Notes: generated by a model not told the origin, from the letters alone. A DNA stretch of 63,900 bases, filler included, from Folioceros fuciformis (GCA_049999805.1; 12 parts of 12 records of this genome joined end to end with filler, not necessarily neighbours in it); one strand, 5' to 3'. Shown: positions 37,223 through 50,806, counted from the first letter of the whole stretch. Made by a program: numbers and translations.

Positions 37223-40200
37223 ATGGATGCCGACTGGAACTCGTGCTCCTCACATTGCCGGCTGTACGTGTTTGGCGAACGAGCACTTCCCGGTTGGGTT
37301 GAAGCTGGATGTGTTTCCCTCAGACGCCTTCGAGCTGGTCCAGGTGTAGGATGGGATACGAAGCTCAACGAGGCACTCGTGGAGTTCCGAACATGGTTGT
37401 TCGGTCATTCACTGGAGTTACAAAGATTCTCAACGTTGACGCCACTCTGGCACCTATGCTGGCATCTGTGCCTTATCTGACTGGGACCCTACACACTGTG
37501 AAACGGATGTATTTTGATCATCTCTGATCTAAGTCATGGAACCTGCAAGTGTACAGTGACGGGAATTCCGATGAGGTGGAAGGAGGTGTACAATTCTGTT
37601 TGGCTGGATTCCCATCTACCTATGCTGGATGGCCAGCTGCAAGCTGTTGCTTGGAGTTCAAGGTGGGCAAGGCATTTTCCCTCTGGTTTGGGTTGCATTT
37701 TCCCTCTGAATAGTGTGTCTGTCCCAATCTTGTTGACAAACGTGCAGCTGTGACTCTTGCAGGACTCCCACTCTCTCTGTGGACTTGGTTGAATTACAAG
37801 CCTTGTGCAAGGAAGGACAGTTGGACAAAGCATTAGGTGCCTTGGTCTGCATGGACCAGCAGGGGACTCTGCCTTCAGTACATATCTATAAGAGCATCTT
37901 GCAAGCGTGTTTGACGAGGAGGGCCCTTCCAGAAGCAAAGCGCGTCCACGCTCATTTGGCAAAACATGGTTTAGAGTCCAACAGGCTTCTGGGGGACTTT
38001 TTGGTCGCTACTCTGGTCAACTGCGGGGGTTTTGCGGATGGACTGCTGCTGTTCAAACGATTGTCATATCGTACTGTCTTCTCCTGGACAGCCATCATCT
38101 CAGGGTACAATAAGATGGGACAATATCGGAGTGCGCTGTCGTGCTATAGACAGATGCAGCAAGAAGGTGTGAAGCCGGACAAGTACACATTTGTTAGCTT
38201 GTTGAAAGCTTGTAGCAGGTTAGAAGATCTGGAAGAGGGGAAGCGGGTCCATGCTGATGCTTCAAGGCATGGGTTTGAGTCAGATAGGTTTGTTGGGAGC
38301 GTGCTAGTCAACATGTATGCAAAGTGCGGGAGTGTTAGGGATGCGCGGCAGGTATTTGACAGGTTTCGCAGACATGATGTGGTCTCATGGACGGCCATGA
38401 TAGCAGCGTATGCTCAGCAAAACGAAGGAGAAGAGGCTTTGCAACTTTTTGAACAGATGGTGGAAGAAGGGGTCCAACCCAATGCCCGAACCTTTGTAAG
38501 TGCACTCCAAGCCTGTCGGAGCGTAGCAGAGAAAGAGAGCTCTTCTTTTGTGAATGGGCATCATCTGAAAGTCGAGGTGCTCCAAAAAGGGAGGAAACTC
38601 CATGCTGAAGCTACAGCAAGAGGTTTTGGATCAGATATGTTCTTGGCTAGCACATTGGTCAGAATGTATTCCAAATGTGGAAGCATCAAGGATGCGGAGC
38701 AGGTATTTTCCAGTTTGATCCAGCGTGATGTGGTACTATGGAATTCCATGATTGCAGCATATACTGACCAAGACAGAGGACAGGAATCCCTTCAGATTTA
38801 TGTGCAGATGCAAGCGGAAGGGATAAGGCAGAATGCAAGGACTTTTGTCAGCCTACTCCAAGCATGTGGTAGCATTGCAGAGAAGGAAGAAAGTTGTCTC
38901 GTGGATGAGAACAACATGAAATTGCAGGTGTTACAAAAGGTAAGGGGCCTGCACGCTCAAGCTGTGGGGTTGGGGTTTGAGTCGGACATTTATGTTGGTA
39001 ACACCTTGGTAACCGTGTATGCAAAATGTGGGAGCATTAAGGACGCAGAACAGGCGTTTAAGCGACTGTCGCTACCTGACTTGGTGTCTTGGACTGCCAT
39101 CATTGCAGCACATGCCCAGCAGGGCCACGGAGAAAGAGCATTGCAGATATACCGAGAGATGCAAGAGAAAGGGGTCAGTCCAAACTCACGGACATTTATG
39201 AGTGTACTCCAGGCGTGTGGCAGCCTTGCAGAAAAAGAGAAGTGGGCACTTGTAGACGGGAAAAATCTAAAGCCGAACTCCCTTGAAAGGGTTAGAACAT
39301 TTCATTCTGAAGCTTCTCTCATGGGGTTTGAATCAGACAGCTATGTTGGAAACATTTTGGTTACTATGTATGCTAAGTGTGGGAGTCTTAGAGATGCAGA
39401 GGAGGCGTTTTACAGCCTACCAGAGTGGGATTTAGTCGCATGCAATGCAATGATAGCAGCATATGTTCAACAGGACCAGGGAGAGAGGGCCCTACAGATA
39501 TACAAGCATGTGAGCGAGGGAAGTTTGCAGCCAGATGCACGAACCTTCGTTGGGGCCTTGCAAGCATGTAGCTTGATTGCTGCAAAGGAGCAGGCTGCAT
39601 GTCTAGAATGCCACACTGTCAAACCGAACGCACTTGAGCAGGGGCGGAAAATACATTCTGCAGCTATAGAATGCGGTCTTGTTGCAGATCTGTTCGTGGG
39701 TAGCAGTTTGGTAACAATGTATGCAAGGTGTGGAAGCATACAGGAAGCAGAAACGGCGTTCTACAGGCTGGCACTACGGGATGTGGTGTCCTGGACTGCG
39801 ATGATCACAGCTTATGCTCAACGGCACGAAGGACAAAAAGCTTTGCAACTGTTTGCTCAGATGCAAGCAGAGGATGTCCAGGCAGATGAGGCAACATTTT
39901 TATCTGTGCTGCAAGCCTGCAGCAGCTTAGGGGCCTTGCCCACCTGTCTGGATATCCACCAACGTATCATGAATAGTGGTGTTGGGTACAGTCTTTCTGT
40001 GGGGAACAGCCTCGTACATACTTATGGAAAATGTGGGAGCATGGTGGACGCTCAGCGAGTCTTCGAATCACTCCCTTGCCGTAATGTGCTCTCATGGACT
40101 GCACTTATTGCTGGGTATGCCCGAGCAGGGGATTGCGACCATGCTCTGCAGTGCTACGAGGACATGTGTCTGGCGGGTCTGGAACCGGATGGAGTCACCT

Positions 40201-40769
40201 TTCTAGCGCTCCTTTCTGCTTGCTCTTACGCCGGGATGGTCTACAAAGGTCTGCAGTTCTTCCAAACGATGAGCACAGGACATGGCATTTCCCCACAGCT
40301 GCAGCACTATGCGTGCGTGATTGATCTTGTGGGTCGTGCCAGCCTCTTCAGCAGAGCAGAAGAACTACTTGGGCAGATGCCAATGCAGCCTGATCTATCC
40401 GTGTGGTTATGTCTACTGAGTGCATGCAGAAGGCATGGTAATGTGCCTCTAGGGCAGCATGCCTTCAACAGTGCTGTTCTCTTAGACCCGAAACATCCAG
40501 CTGCCTACCTGCTCTTGGCAAACATCTACGCTGATGCTGCCATGTGGGAGTGTCTAGAGGATGTCAATAAATTGAGAAAGAGTATGGCTTCCTGGAAAGA
40601 GCCTGGCCAGAGCTGGATTCAGGTTGAGCATGACGTACACAGCTTCCTCGCAGGAGACCACAGCCATCCACAGTGTACAATGCTGTACGAAGTGCTCCAG
40701 GATCTTAGCGCACAGTTGAAAGCCGAATGCTACGGGACCCATTGCACTGGCTCCAAAATGAGTGAGTAG
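37223..40769 (+). CDS. PLS-class PPR protein with long (LL) motifs, E domains and PG box/E+; organellar RNA-editing specificity factor
   Basis: The main exon 37763-40769 has repeated P-L-S triplets and ends WKEPGQSWIQVEHDVHSFLAGDHSHP. Phase-compatible upstream exons 37223-37343 and 37557-37662 are inferred from GT-AG sites, so the start is less certain. Confidence 0.9.
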
Positions 40770-41348
40770 GAAGCCGTTACAGATGCAGGGAACCAACGTT
40801 GGGCAAGTCCTCAGACCACAATAGTTCTCACAGAAAATGATGCAGAGTATCAGCATGCGGTTCGATCAAGTATGCGTGTCCCAGCGCTCGGTGTGGTCGA
40901 ATCTTGTGATGTGAACCCAGGGCTGTGTGTGGGAAGAAGACGAAGAAGAAAATATGTCTTTTCACTCAAAAAACCAATAAGTAATAAAATGCTCCATTGT
41001 GCAAGTTCATACTATCATTATAGATTTGAAACGCGGTTCAACTCAGAGCGGAATCCTAGTCGAACAACAATGCTTATGTGTGGCATGCTAATTTTCCAGC
41101 AATCGGCAAACTAGGATAGACTTCGGTTTGGCAATTCGAGGACTGGCATAGGATTTTCCTCATAGAAATCCTCCTCAGGATCTTGGTGAGCGAGTGTTAC
41201 TGTATGCTCAAGCTCCATCTGGCACTCTTGTCTTCGGGACGAGTCTGTTAAGAATCATCGAGCTGGTAATCTTTAGTGGTAGCTTAAGGTGTAGACAACC
41301 GACCTTGCTGCCCATACATGGATTACGGAGATGGGGTTTAGAAAGGCG

Positions 41349-41728
41349 TATGGCATGGCAAAGGGGACACGCCCTCTCTCTCTCACACGAGCTATGCGTC
41401 GGCTTTGGCGCGTATGCGAGTTTGAGGGCCAAAACCAAACCGGACATGCTTGCACTTTGCAAGCAAACCTTGCCCAAGCACGGGCGCGCCCCCACCCATG
41501 GTTACAGGCGGTGTTTGGGCTTTCTGCCCTAAGGCCGCCTGGCATCCAGCCCGTTTTGGGCTGTAACCGTTGAGCCATGTCCCCTTTGGTGCGGAGTCCG
41601 GTTTTGCGGAGTCCGGTTTGATCGGTTTACCGTTTTGGGAAAACCGACCAAACCGGACATAAAAAGGAATATTCTGGTAAATACCCATGGAAATGTATGG
41701 AAATGTATGTCCGCTTTGGCATGCCATA
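41349..41728. mobile_element. MITE-like non-autonomous DNA transposon (hAT-like)
   Basis: 21-bp terminal inverted repeats TATGGCATGGCAAAGGGGACA and TGTCCGCTTTGGCATGCCATA (2 mismatches), an AAGGCG direct repeat on both flanks, and internal AAACCGGAC/GTCCGGTTT motifs. Confidence 0.75.
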
Positions 41729-41769
41729 AAGGCGACGCATAATTAAGAAAAAGAAATTCAGCTGTCCCT

Positions 41770-42132
41770 TTAGCATTGCTGTGAACAGAAACTTGAACAA
41801 AGGTGGAAGACATCTCAGCCAACTGGCGATTAGTTGCAGGAGCTGCTGACCAGAGTGCCAAACACGTCGGATAGCATCGCAGACCCGATTCCAGACAGCA
41901 AATTACCAGCAGCCAGATCGTCAGGCTCCGGAGGCCTTGCTTCTGCTTCGGTTTCTTGTCCTCCTCTTTCTGCTGCAGATTTCGGTCTGGCGTCGAAGCC
42001 AGATCTATTGTGTCAAGTTGATCCTCCTCGATAATCTCTAGCACCGAAGTGCCTGCTCCTGGGCGGCCTGTGAGGCTAGTGGCATTCTCAGCGTGTCGGG
42101 ATCGCCTCGACGTGCTCGAACTGAGACTCATA
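41770..42132 (-). CDS. Orphan ORF, copy 2; its 3' end runs into the MITE
   Basis: MSLSSSTSRR..IDLASTPDRNLQQKEEDKKPKQKQG..IWLLVICCLESGLRCYPTCLALWS..FVQVSV is homologous to 30589-30958. Confidence 0.4.
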
Positions 42133-43802
42133 ACGCCGTGGGAAAGACATGTCGAGCTGCAGGTGGATGAAGTCCAAACCCTCCTGTACAGAAACATTCA
42201 TGAACAAGAACTGAGTGACGGAGGTGTATGAAACTATCTAGGCCCATGTGATCAGCAGCAATGTTGAGAATATCCTTGTAGTAATGTGGAGATGCAAGCA
42301 GAGGATGTGAATTCGACCTGGTGTGAAGGATCAACTGGACTTATGGTACCGGGATGATGATCGCACACTAGGTTATATCAACACTAGCCGTTCAGTACAT
42401 GCGCAGCTGAGCCCTCGCTATGAACGGGGACGAAGGGAATGAGAATGAATTGAGACTGCTGTAAGGTTGTCCCGTAGGAAGCAATTGAATCCCGAAGAGG
42501 AGTCTCCGGTCACCGGATTCACTGGAGTTGACGCTTCTGTGGCCCAGAGCCAGTGCGTGTTGGTACATTTGAAAATGAACATGGCGCATTCAGTGGAACC
42601 GGATCAGATCAGCATTTAGGATCATGCTCAAAGGCTGGCAACAGTCACATCCGCAAACAGTCCGTCAAGACAGCTAGCTACTCATAGAATTCGCTAAGTC
42701 AGTCCTGCGTTGAAGAGGTCATGTATTTGATCAACGGCTGTCGGTCTTGGTTCAGAAAGCTAAAAGGCAAACGCGAGAGTCTGTGGCTTGAAGGAGATGG
42801 TGCGATCGGGAGGGCATGTATAGTTGTTGTTTGAGGCAGTTGCCACGATCCCCTTCTCTGCAATGAATTTTACTAACGACGGAGTCCGTCGTGTCCTGTT
42901 ACCTGTACGTACAGGTTGGCTAAACTGCGTTTACGACTCCAAGTAACAAGGACAATTTTTTATGCGCAATACATGGTCACATTTTTTTCAGAAACGTGAA
43001 GGCTAGCCGGCTGGGGCATTTGCAACGTCGTTCAAGTCCACACAATGAGTTATCTGGGTGCTACGTACATATTGTTGGTGAGAAGTCCTGCTGTACGTAG
43101 TTGTCGAATTTTTCTGATCGTCAGGCCCTGCGGCAAGCCTTGAACACCAGGATGTAGACTCATGCCCAGCTCGCTTCATGTCGCTGTCTTAGCTCACACA
43201 AGCAAAACATAGACATGGTGACACCTTGATGACCTACTTCATTGGCGTCAATTCCTTCAGCCCCTGGGGTTTTTTATCAGTTTCAGATTAAAACACGAAA
43301 CTGCAGATCGTTATCGTGACTTCAAGATCAGAAACTGATTCAAGCTCGAGTTCCTGAACTGGAAGCCTATCACCGATAACAAATTCCTTCGATGGATGCA
43401 CCTTCTGGAACTTGAGTGCCAGCCTGCAATGCTTCAAGTTGAGTGTCAAACACCAAAGACAGAATGTTGAGAGCGGATAGGAAAAACTTTGGGAAAAGAA
43501 GGGCACATGAAACCCGCATCAAGGATGGATCTCTCCAGTACCAACCAATACGAGCCAGACATATGAGACCCATCCAACCGGGACCAGAGTTTTGGGAGCT
43601 GCATCACAAAATTGTTAAGANNNNNNNNNNNNNNNNNNNNNNNNNNNNNNNNNNNNNNNNNNNNTTAATTAATTAANNNNNNNNNNNNNNNNNNNNNNNN
43701 NNNNNNNNNNNNNNNNNNNNAGGGAACAGGATCCTCTATGCTCCGGGTGGGTGACAATATCACAGACTTCTTCTACTATCTGCATTTGCAGGGCCTCCGT
43801 CA

Positions 43803-46439
43803 TCACGTCCTAGCGGAGGGAAAGAAGTGGTCGCGTCGTACAGGTGGAGCATGGTGAGATACAGAATCGAAGAACTGGGGGAGGGAGGCTACTCTGGGAA
43901 GGTGCACCAGCACATCTCCTGACGACCCTTGCTTCCCACTGCTGCAAGAAAAGGAGCCAGTTTCTGTGCCTTCGTAATGCTTGTTGGCTGCTGCGAAGCT
44001 CACGTCTTTGGCTGAAGCCACAATGGTTCCCAACTCCTCGTCGGACTGGTGGTAGGTGCTTAATATGCTGGTGAAGAGGCACTGCTGGCTGCTGCTGCTG
44101 CTGCTGGTCTGGGTGTGGGTGTGAGTGTGGTCACCCACGTTGTCTGCTGCCAGGCTTCGGGGATATGGCATGTGCAAGGATTCCTCAGTCACCACTCCTG
44201 ACATGGAACCAACCGTTGCGGCCAACAGACGGGCTTGCTGGTCTGATGACGATTCCCCAAGGAGCATAAAGCGTAGGTCATCCAGCATTTGGCGTTCTCT
44301 GCATCTCATGTCCACTAGGCCTGAGCTCCAACTCATCATAGGAGCGGGCCTGTCGTGCCATGCCTCACCAGCTGATGATGCATCGTACTTCAAGTCCCGA
44401 GACCTACCAATCAGTTCCTCTTTCATGTGCAAGTCTTCAGTGTCGCTTCCACCGCTCTCGTCCCTCCCATCCATGACTGCCAACACAAGGAGCTACAGTA
44501 AGAGCTAGTCCCACGGTGTCCCTTCCATCACAACTAACTTCACACAGGCACAACCAGGAGGTGGCGAATACAGCACCCACCGAAAACGCACCCCCTACCT
44601 GAGGTGGGTGAGGATAACTCGCTGGAATTCCCCTCTGCCGCTCTCATTTCATACCCCGCCTTTTGGGGGAACATAGGTGCTGAACAGTTGAAAAGCACTC
44701 TGTCCATTTGCCTCTCTGAGGCCATAAGCAACGGAGGAACATGTTGTTGTTGCTGTTGTTGTCCTCTTCCAGAGAAGTTCATGGACGAGTGACCAGCCAC
44801 AATATGTGAGTCTTTGATATTCTGCAGCCCATCGACTGGCGTCTCAAAGCGGGAAGCAATTCTGGTTGCCAAGGTGCCGCTCACAAGCTGCTTCAGCCTT
44901 GGATCGCACTGCACTAGCTTCTCGTAATGTCTATTGAGGATGCCTTCAGGAAATTGTAATTCATGCTTCCTGTAACGCAAGCAACGTACAAGCAGGCAGA
45001 GAGGCTGAGCAGCTGTTAAGAACGTTTTGACCTCGTTCTAAGTCAAGAGGTTTCATGCAAGGGAAAACTGAGGCTGACAGCTGAACTGAGCCAACTCACA
45101 TGCAGACGGTGGCCTCCCCTCCAGTGAAATCCGATGTCGCTTGCCACAACGTGTGTTTCCTCGGCTGCGGGTTGATTTCTCTGAAGAACAATGGCGGCCT
45201 CGAAACCTACACCATGCAACAAACTGGTATCAACACCCTCCATGCTCCAGTTGCATGGCACAATCGATCCTCCATCAATGGACTCGCCAACGAAACAGTT
45301 CGTACCTCGATCTCGAGCGAGCCGGGAAGGTTATCCGGACAGCTGGCTCTCATGGCCGAAATGTCGGACCACTGAATCTCGATTTTGCTCTTCAATCCCG
45401 TATCCAACACTTCCCAAACCAGCTTCCTCTTGGCGTAATAGCACTTAGCCACAAGGTCGCCTTCGTATCTGGACAGACGCTGGAGACAAGAACCACAACC
45501 CCGCAAGAACAAGGACGTCAGAACCCCAGAAGCAAAAGCCTCTAGTCAAACACAAAAAGAGCATAGCCTCAACATACCTCCCAAGACCCTATTTTCAGGC
45601 TGGAGGCCGGAAAGTTGGACGCCTTGAGCTTATCGTGCGCAGAGCCAGTGGGCACGAGACATCTGCCAAGCCTGTTCCTGGACAGACCGGAAGCAGAGCC
45701 ATCGGCGCCGTTGCCACCAGCGTCGCAGTCGAAACCTTGCGTGAGCTTCATGGAAATAAGATCCAGGAGAGACGGGGTCTTCTTCAGCCTCAAGCCCAAC
45801 GGACTGGGCTCGTCCAGCGGGTTTTCTGCCGGCGTTGGGAGGGGATGCTGATGCTGAGTCTCCAATTTGGACACGCGGACGGGGTGCTCGGACGACGTGA
45901 GCCCCGGGCTGACCAACGCTACATAGTTGGTTGGAGGCCCAATCTGATGGTGACGCCACAAAGAAAGACAACAAGCTTCAGGACAGGCGCAAACACGACA
46001 TGCTCAAGCAACCGCAGACACCAGAAGCTCAACCCACATCCCGCGTGCATGCTGAAGCCAAGCCCAGCAAGCAGCAACCAGCCTGAACCCGCCACTACAA
46101 ACCACACCGTTCTTGGAAAATTGCGAGGGGAAAGCGCAGCACCTCAGCTGGCCCGGCAGGGGCAGTCTCCAGCAACTTCCGCTTTCGGGTGAGCATGACA
46201 AGGTCGTGGGGGTGAGGATGCCCGCCAGACAGATCCGCGTCCGGACCCATGTCACTCCCGGACAAGGGGTGCTCCATCTTGGGAATTCTGAGATGAGGCA
46301 GGACGCAAGCTGGAAGCACGGGGGCGCCCGACTGCAGCGCGTGGCGACTGGAGAAGGGGACTAGTCCGTGGCTATCGCCCCCTCCCGAGCTGCTGCCGCC
46401 ATACGGCGACACTGAAGACGACAGGTTGAAGGCCACCAT
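43803..46439 (-). CDS. ASG1/At2g24100-like plant protein (TRF2/HOY1 PH-like domain), multi-exon
   Basis: Family motifs LDEPSPLGLRLKKTPSLLDLI, DKLKASNFPASSLKIGSWE, SRYEGDLVAKCYYAKRKLVWEVLD.GLKSKIEIQWSDI, FFREINPQPRKHTLWQATSDFTGG, HYEKLVQCD and C-terminal LPRVASLPQF. Confidence 0.85.
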
Positions 46440-46816
46440 TTCCGCAACTCCCTATCCTCCTCCTAGCAGCAGCTCGACTCGAATACTGTACTGTACTGCA
46501 CTACAAGCAGACTCCTACTCCTCCTCCTCCTCCTCCTCCTGCTCCCGCATCTGCTGTTCCCTGGGCCGAGGATTCCAGTTCCGCCTCCCGATCCCGACTC
46601 GCTGACTGCGGCTCCCAGGCACCAGTCGAGTCTCCAAGTGCCGATACATGCCGTCCGCAACCCGCGTGAGCGCCCGCCCACNNNNNNNNNNNNNNNNNNN
46701 NNNNNNNNNNNNNNNNNNNNNNNNNTTAATTAATTAANNNNNNNNNNNNNNNNNNNNNNNNNNNNNNNNNNNNNNNNNNNNTGAGAGGGAGTGAGTTATT
46801 TTGTAAGTGGAGCGCT

Positions 46817-46895
46817 TACTTGGAGCCTTGTGCTGAGTCGTGTGAGTCGTTAGTGGACGGCGGGCTACTTGGAGCCTTGTGCTGAGTCGTGTGAG
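46817..46895 (+). repeat. ~30-bp direct repeat, 2 copies
   Basis: TACTTGGAGCCTTGTGCTGAGTCGTGTGAG at about 46817 and 46866. Confidence 0.8.
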
Positions 46896-47166
46896 AGGGA
46901 GGGAGCGCTGCGGAGTGAATAGACAAGATTCGTTGCTTCTTTTTACGCTGCGTAAGGAAGGGGTCGTTACTTGTAGCCACCTTCTGGCCAACTTGTCCTT
47001 TGGCTCATAGACTTATTTCACCTTAACTCGTTGATCCTTCATTTACTCTGTCCTGTTATTATGGCTTTTACTTCGACTTGGAAAAGCCATGGGATTGTGA
47101 GATGCAAAAGGCTCGATAAGATGGTGAAAGTGGAAAACAGGACAATTTGCCGCGACCCGGGAAGTC

Positions 47167-50100
47167 ATGGCGGTTGATATCAGCCTTTGGGCTGGTGAGG
47201 TCAGAAGCCAATCCTGAGTGATGTCTCGATGAAGCAGCCGGAGACGCGGAGTCTGTGCAACATCGACGAGCTTCGAAGCACGATTTCAATGGTGTCCAAA
47301 CATGTCTTGCAGTCAGCTGTGTCGGAGTTGGTCCGTGGGGGATCCGTAGAGTCCTGGAGGCTCGATCCATGGCTGTTCGGAGCGTTGCAATTGAGTCGGG
47401 CAACGGGCACCCGTTGTGGACTCATTTTCCCTGCTCTCAACAAGGTGGGTTCACGGGCATTCGAGGAACAGCTCCCGCTTGCCTGACTGCAAGGGATCAG
47501 CCGCTCCCACTGGCCAACAACGTGATCGCAGTGTGCAGAACCGTTGCAAGTAAGCCATTGCAACCAGGAGGATTCGTAGCTGGAAATGGATTTCCCAGAG
47601 AGATTGGGGGCCAGGAGCCCTTGTGGCTCGAGCCTTCTCGGGACCCCACAGGCTCCACGTCGAGTTTGCCGAGTGATAGTGAACCTTGTGGGCATGCAGG
47701 GGACGGATGTGATTTGACGGCTGACACAGTGAGCAAGCTTTGCCGTGAGGGCTTTCTCGCTGAGGCTGTGGAGGCTTTGGGGATTCTGGTTCAGACGGAC
47801 TGTTGTAGTTCCAAATCTCTTTGCTATACTGTCCTGAAGGAATGTGTGGCATCGAAGGATCTTGTTCTGGGTCGCCATGTTCACGCTCTCCTGGTGAAAA
47901 ATGGGTACCAGTCGGATACATTCCTGTGCAACCACATCCTGCGGATGTACGCTTCCCATGGCAGGTTGCAAGACGCGATGGATGTGTTCCGTGCGGTTGC
48001 CCGGCCAGGTGCCGGCATGTGGGCTGCCATCATTTCTGCGCATGATAAAGTCGGAAAGGGTAAGCGGGCCCTGCAACTGTATCACCAGATGCGCAGGTCG
48101 AATGTGGAGGCAGATAGCTTTGTATTCGTCGCAGTCCTTCAGTCTTGCGCAAGGGTATCAGACCTGGAAACTGGGCGGCAGGTGCACGTCGACATCTTGG
48201 CCAGTGATATCGAGTCGAACTTGTTTGTCTGGAATTGCTTGGTGACTATGTACGTGAAGTGTGGCAGCTTGGGGGAAGCACAGGACGTGTTTAATGGACT
48301 TCGTGAAAAGAATGTGGTGACATGGAATGCCATGATAGCAGGATATTCCCATCGGGGCATGGGCCACGAAGCCCTCCGTCTCTACCGTGTTATGCAAGAA
48401 GATGGCATGACTTTACCAAACTCTGTGACTTTTGTGTTGCTCCTGCAGGCATGTGCAAGTCTCGGCACCCCTGCTTTGGGGATGGGAAAGCAGCTTCATG
48501 CACAATTTACACAACGAGGACATCAAGTTGATCCGTTTGTAGCCAGCAGTTTAGTGAACATGTATGCAAAGTGTGGCAGCCTGGAGGATGCGCAGATTGT
48601 GTTTGACGGACTCGAGGAAAAAAACGTGGTGATTTGGACTGCCATGATTGCCGGGTATTCCCAGAGGGGCATGGGCCACGAAGCCCTTCATCTGTACACT
48701 TCTATGCAAGCCGGAGGAATCGCTGTTCCCAACTCCGTCTCTTTTGTTTGTCTCTTGCAGGCATGTGCAAGCGTGGGCTCCCCATCTTTGGATATTGGGA
48801 AACAGCTCCATGCACAGATCATACAAGCACGACATCAAGAGGACGTGTTTGTAGCCAGCAGTTTGGTGAACATGTACGCGAAGTGTGGTAGCCTGGAAGA
48901 TGCTCAGAGTGTGTTCGATGGACTTGATCAAAAGGATGTGGTGACATGGACTGCCATGATTGCAGGGTATTCCCAGCAGGGGATGGGTCAGGAAGCCCTT
49001 CGTCTCTACCGAGCTATGGAAGAAGAAGGCATTGCGATACCCAATTCTGTGACATTTGTCTGCCTCTTGCAGGCATGTGCAAGTGGCGGCACCTCTTCTT
49101 TGGAGATTGGGAAGCAGCTTCATGCACAGATTAGAGAACAAGGACATGAAGCTGCTGCATTTGTTGCCAGCAGTCTGGTGAACATGTACGCAAAGTGTGG
49201 CAGCTTGGTAGATGCTCAGAAACTATTCGATGGACTTGATGACAAAGATCTGGTGGCTTGGAATGCCATGATTGCAGCACATTCCCATCAGGGCTTGAGC
49301 CAGGAAGCCTTTCGTCTCTACAGTGCTATGCAAGACGCAGGCACTATTTTGCCGGACTGTGTGACATTTGTGTGCCTCCTTCAGTCTTGCGCAAGGTTGG
49401 GCTCCTCAGCCTTGGAGAAGGGGAAGCAGCTCCATGCACAAATCAGAGAACGAGGACATCAAGATGATGTGTCTGTAGCCAGCTGTTTGGTGAACATGTA
49501 TGCAAAATGTGGCAGCTTGGAAGATGCCCAGAGAGTCTTTGACGCACTTGGCCAAAAGCATGTTGTGACGTGGAATGCCATGATAGCAGGGTATTCCCAG
49601 CAAGGCATGGGAAAGGAAGCCCTTCGACTCTACAGTTCCATGCAAGAAGAAGGCATCGCTGTACCGAGTACTGTCACATTTGTGTCCCTGCTGCAGGCAT
49701 GTGCAACTGTAGGGGCACCAGCTCTTGAAATAGGAAAGCATCTTCATGCCAAGATTAGAGAACAAGGACATCAAACTGATGTGTTCGTAGCAAACAGTTT
49801 GATAAACATGTATGCAAAATGTGGCAGCTTGGACGATGCGCAGGCAGAGTTTGACGGCCTTTGTCAGAAAGATGTGGTGTCATGGAATGCTTTAATTGCA
49901 GGGTATTCCAAGCAGGGCTCGAGCCAAGAAGCCCTTCGTCTCTACAGTGCTATGCAAGAAGAAGGCATAGCTGTGCCCAACCCCGCCACATTTGTGTGCC
50001 TCCTACAGGCGTGTGCAAATGTATCAGCTTTACATGTGGGAAGGCAGCTGCACGCACAAGTTAAGGAAAAAGGACTTCACGCTAATTTGTCTGTAGCTGG

Positions 50101-50806
50101 CAGTTTGATAAACATGTATGGAAAATGTGGAAGCATGGCTGATGCACAGCAGTTTTTTGATACGTTGCCTACTAGAGATGTTGTCACGTGGAGTGCACTG
50201 ATTGCAGGCTATGCCTGTCGAGGAGACAGTGAAGTTGTCTTTGACTTGATCCACAAAATGAGAGAGGATGGCGTAAGGCCCGTTGGCATCACATTCCTTA
50301 GTGTACTAACAGTCTGCAGTCACGCAGGTCTAGTGGACGAAGGGAAAGGTTACTTTGAAGCTATGAGCAGAGAATGCGGCACCACTCCCATGGTGGAGCA
50401 TTACACATGCATGGTTGATCTATTGGGTCGTACAGGGCGACTTCATGAGGCACTGGCCTTGGTGAAAGATATGCATGTATCTCCGAACGCTGCTATCTGG
50501 CACACTCTGCTGAGTTCCTGTCGAAGGTGGAGCAATGTGGAGGTGGGATGCTATGCTTTCGAACAAGCAATGAAGCTAGACGAGAAAGATGCGGCAGCGT
50601 ATGTCTTGATGTTGAATATCTACACCAGTGCCCAGATGTGGGATCAGGCACGGATTATCCAGGCAAGGAGAATAAGATTGAGAGCATGGAAGCAGCCTGG
50701 TCAGAGCTGGTGGACGGACATGGATGGGCGGGTGCATAGCTTTCTGGTTGGGGGTGAGAAGCATCCTACGAGTCAGGCAAGGCTGGAGCAGGTATTTCTA
50801 GAATGA
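47167..50806 (+). CDS. PLS-class PPR protein with E domains and a WW-type PG box, truncated before the deaminase core
   Basis: A long ORF of P-L-S triplets ends WKQPGQSWWTDMDGRVHSFLVG. A probable first exon 47167-47194 (MAVDISLWA) splices in phase to 47313. Confidence 0.92.
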
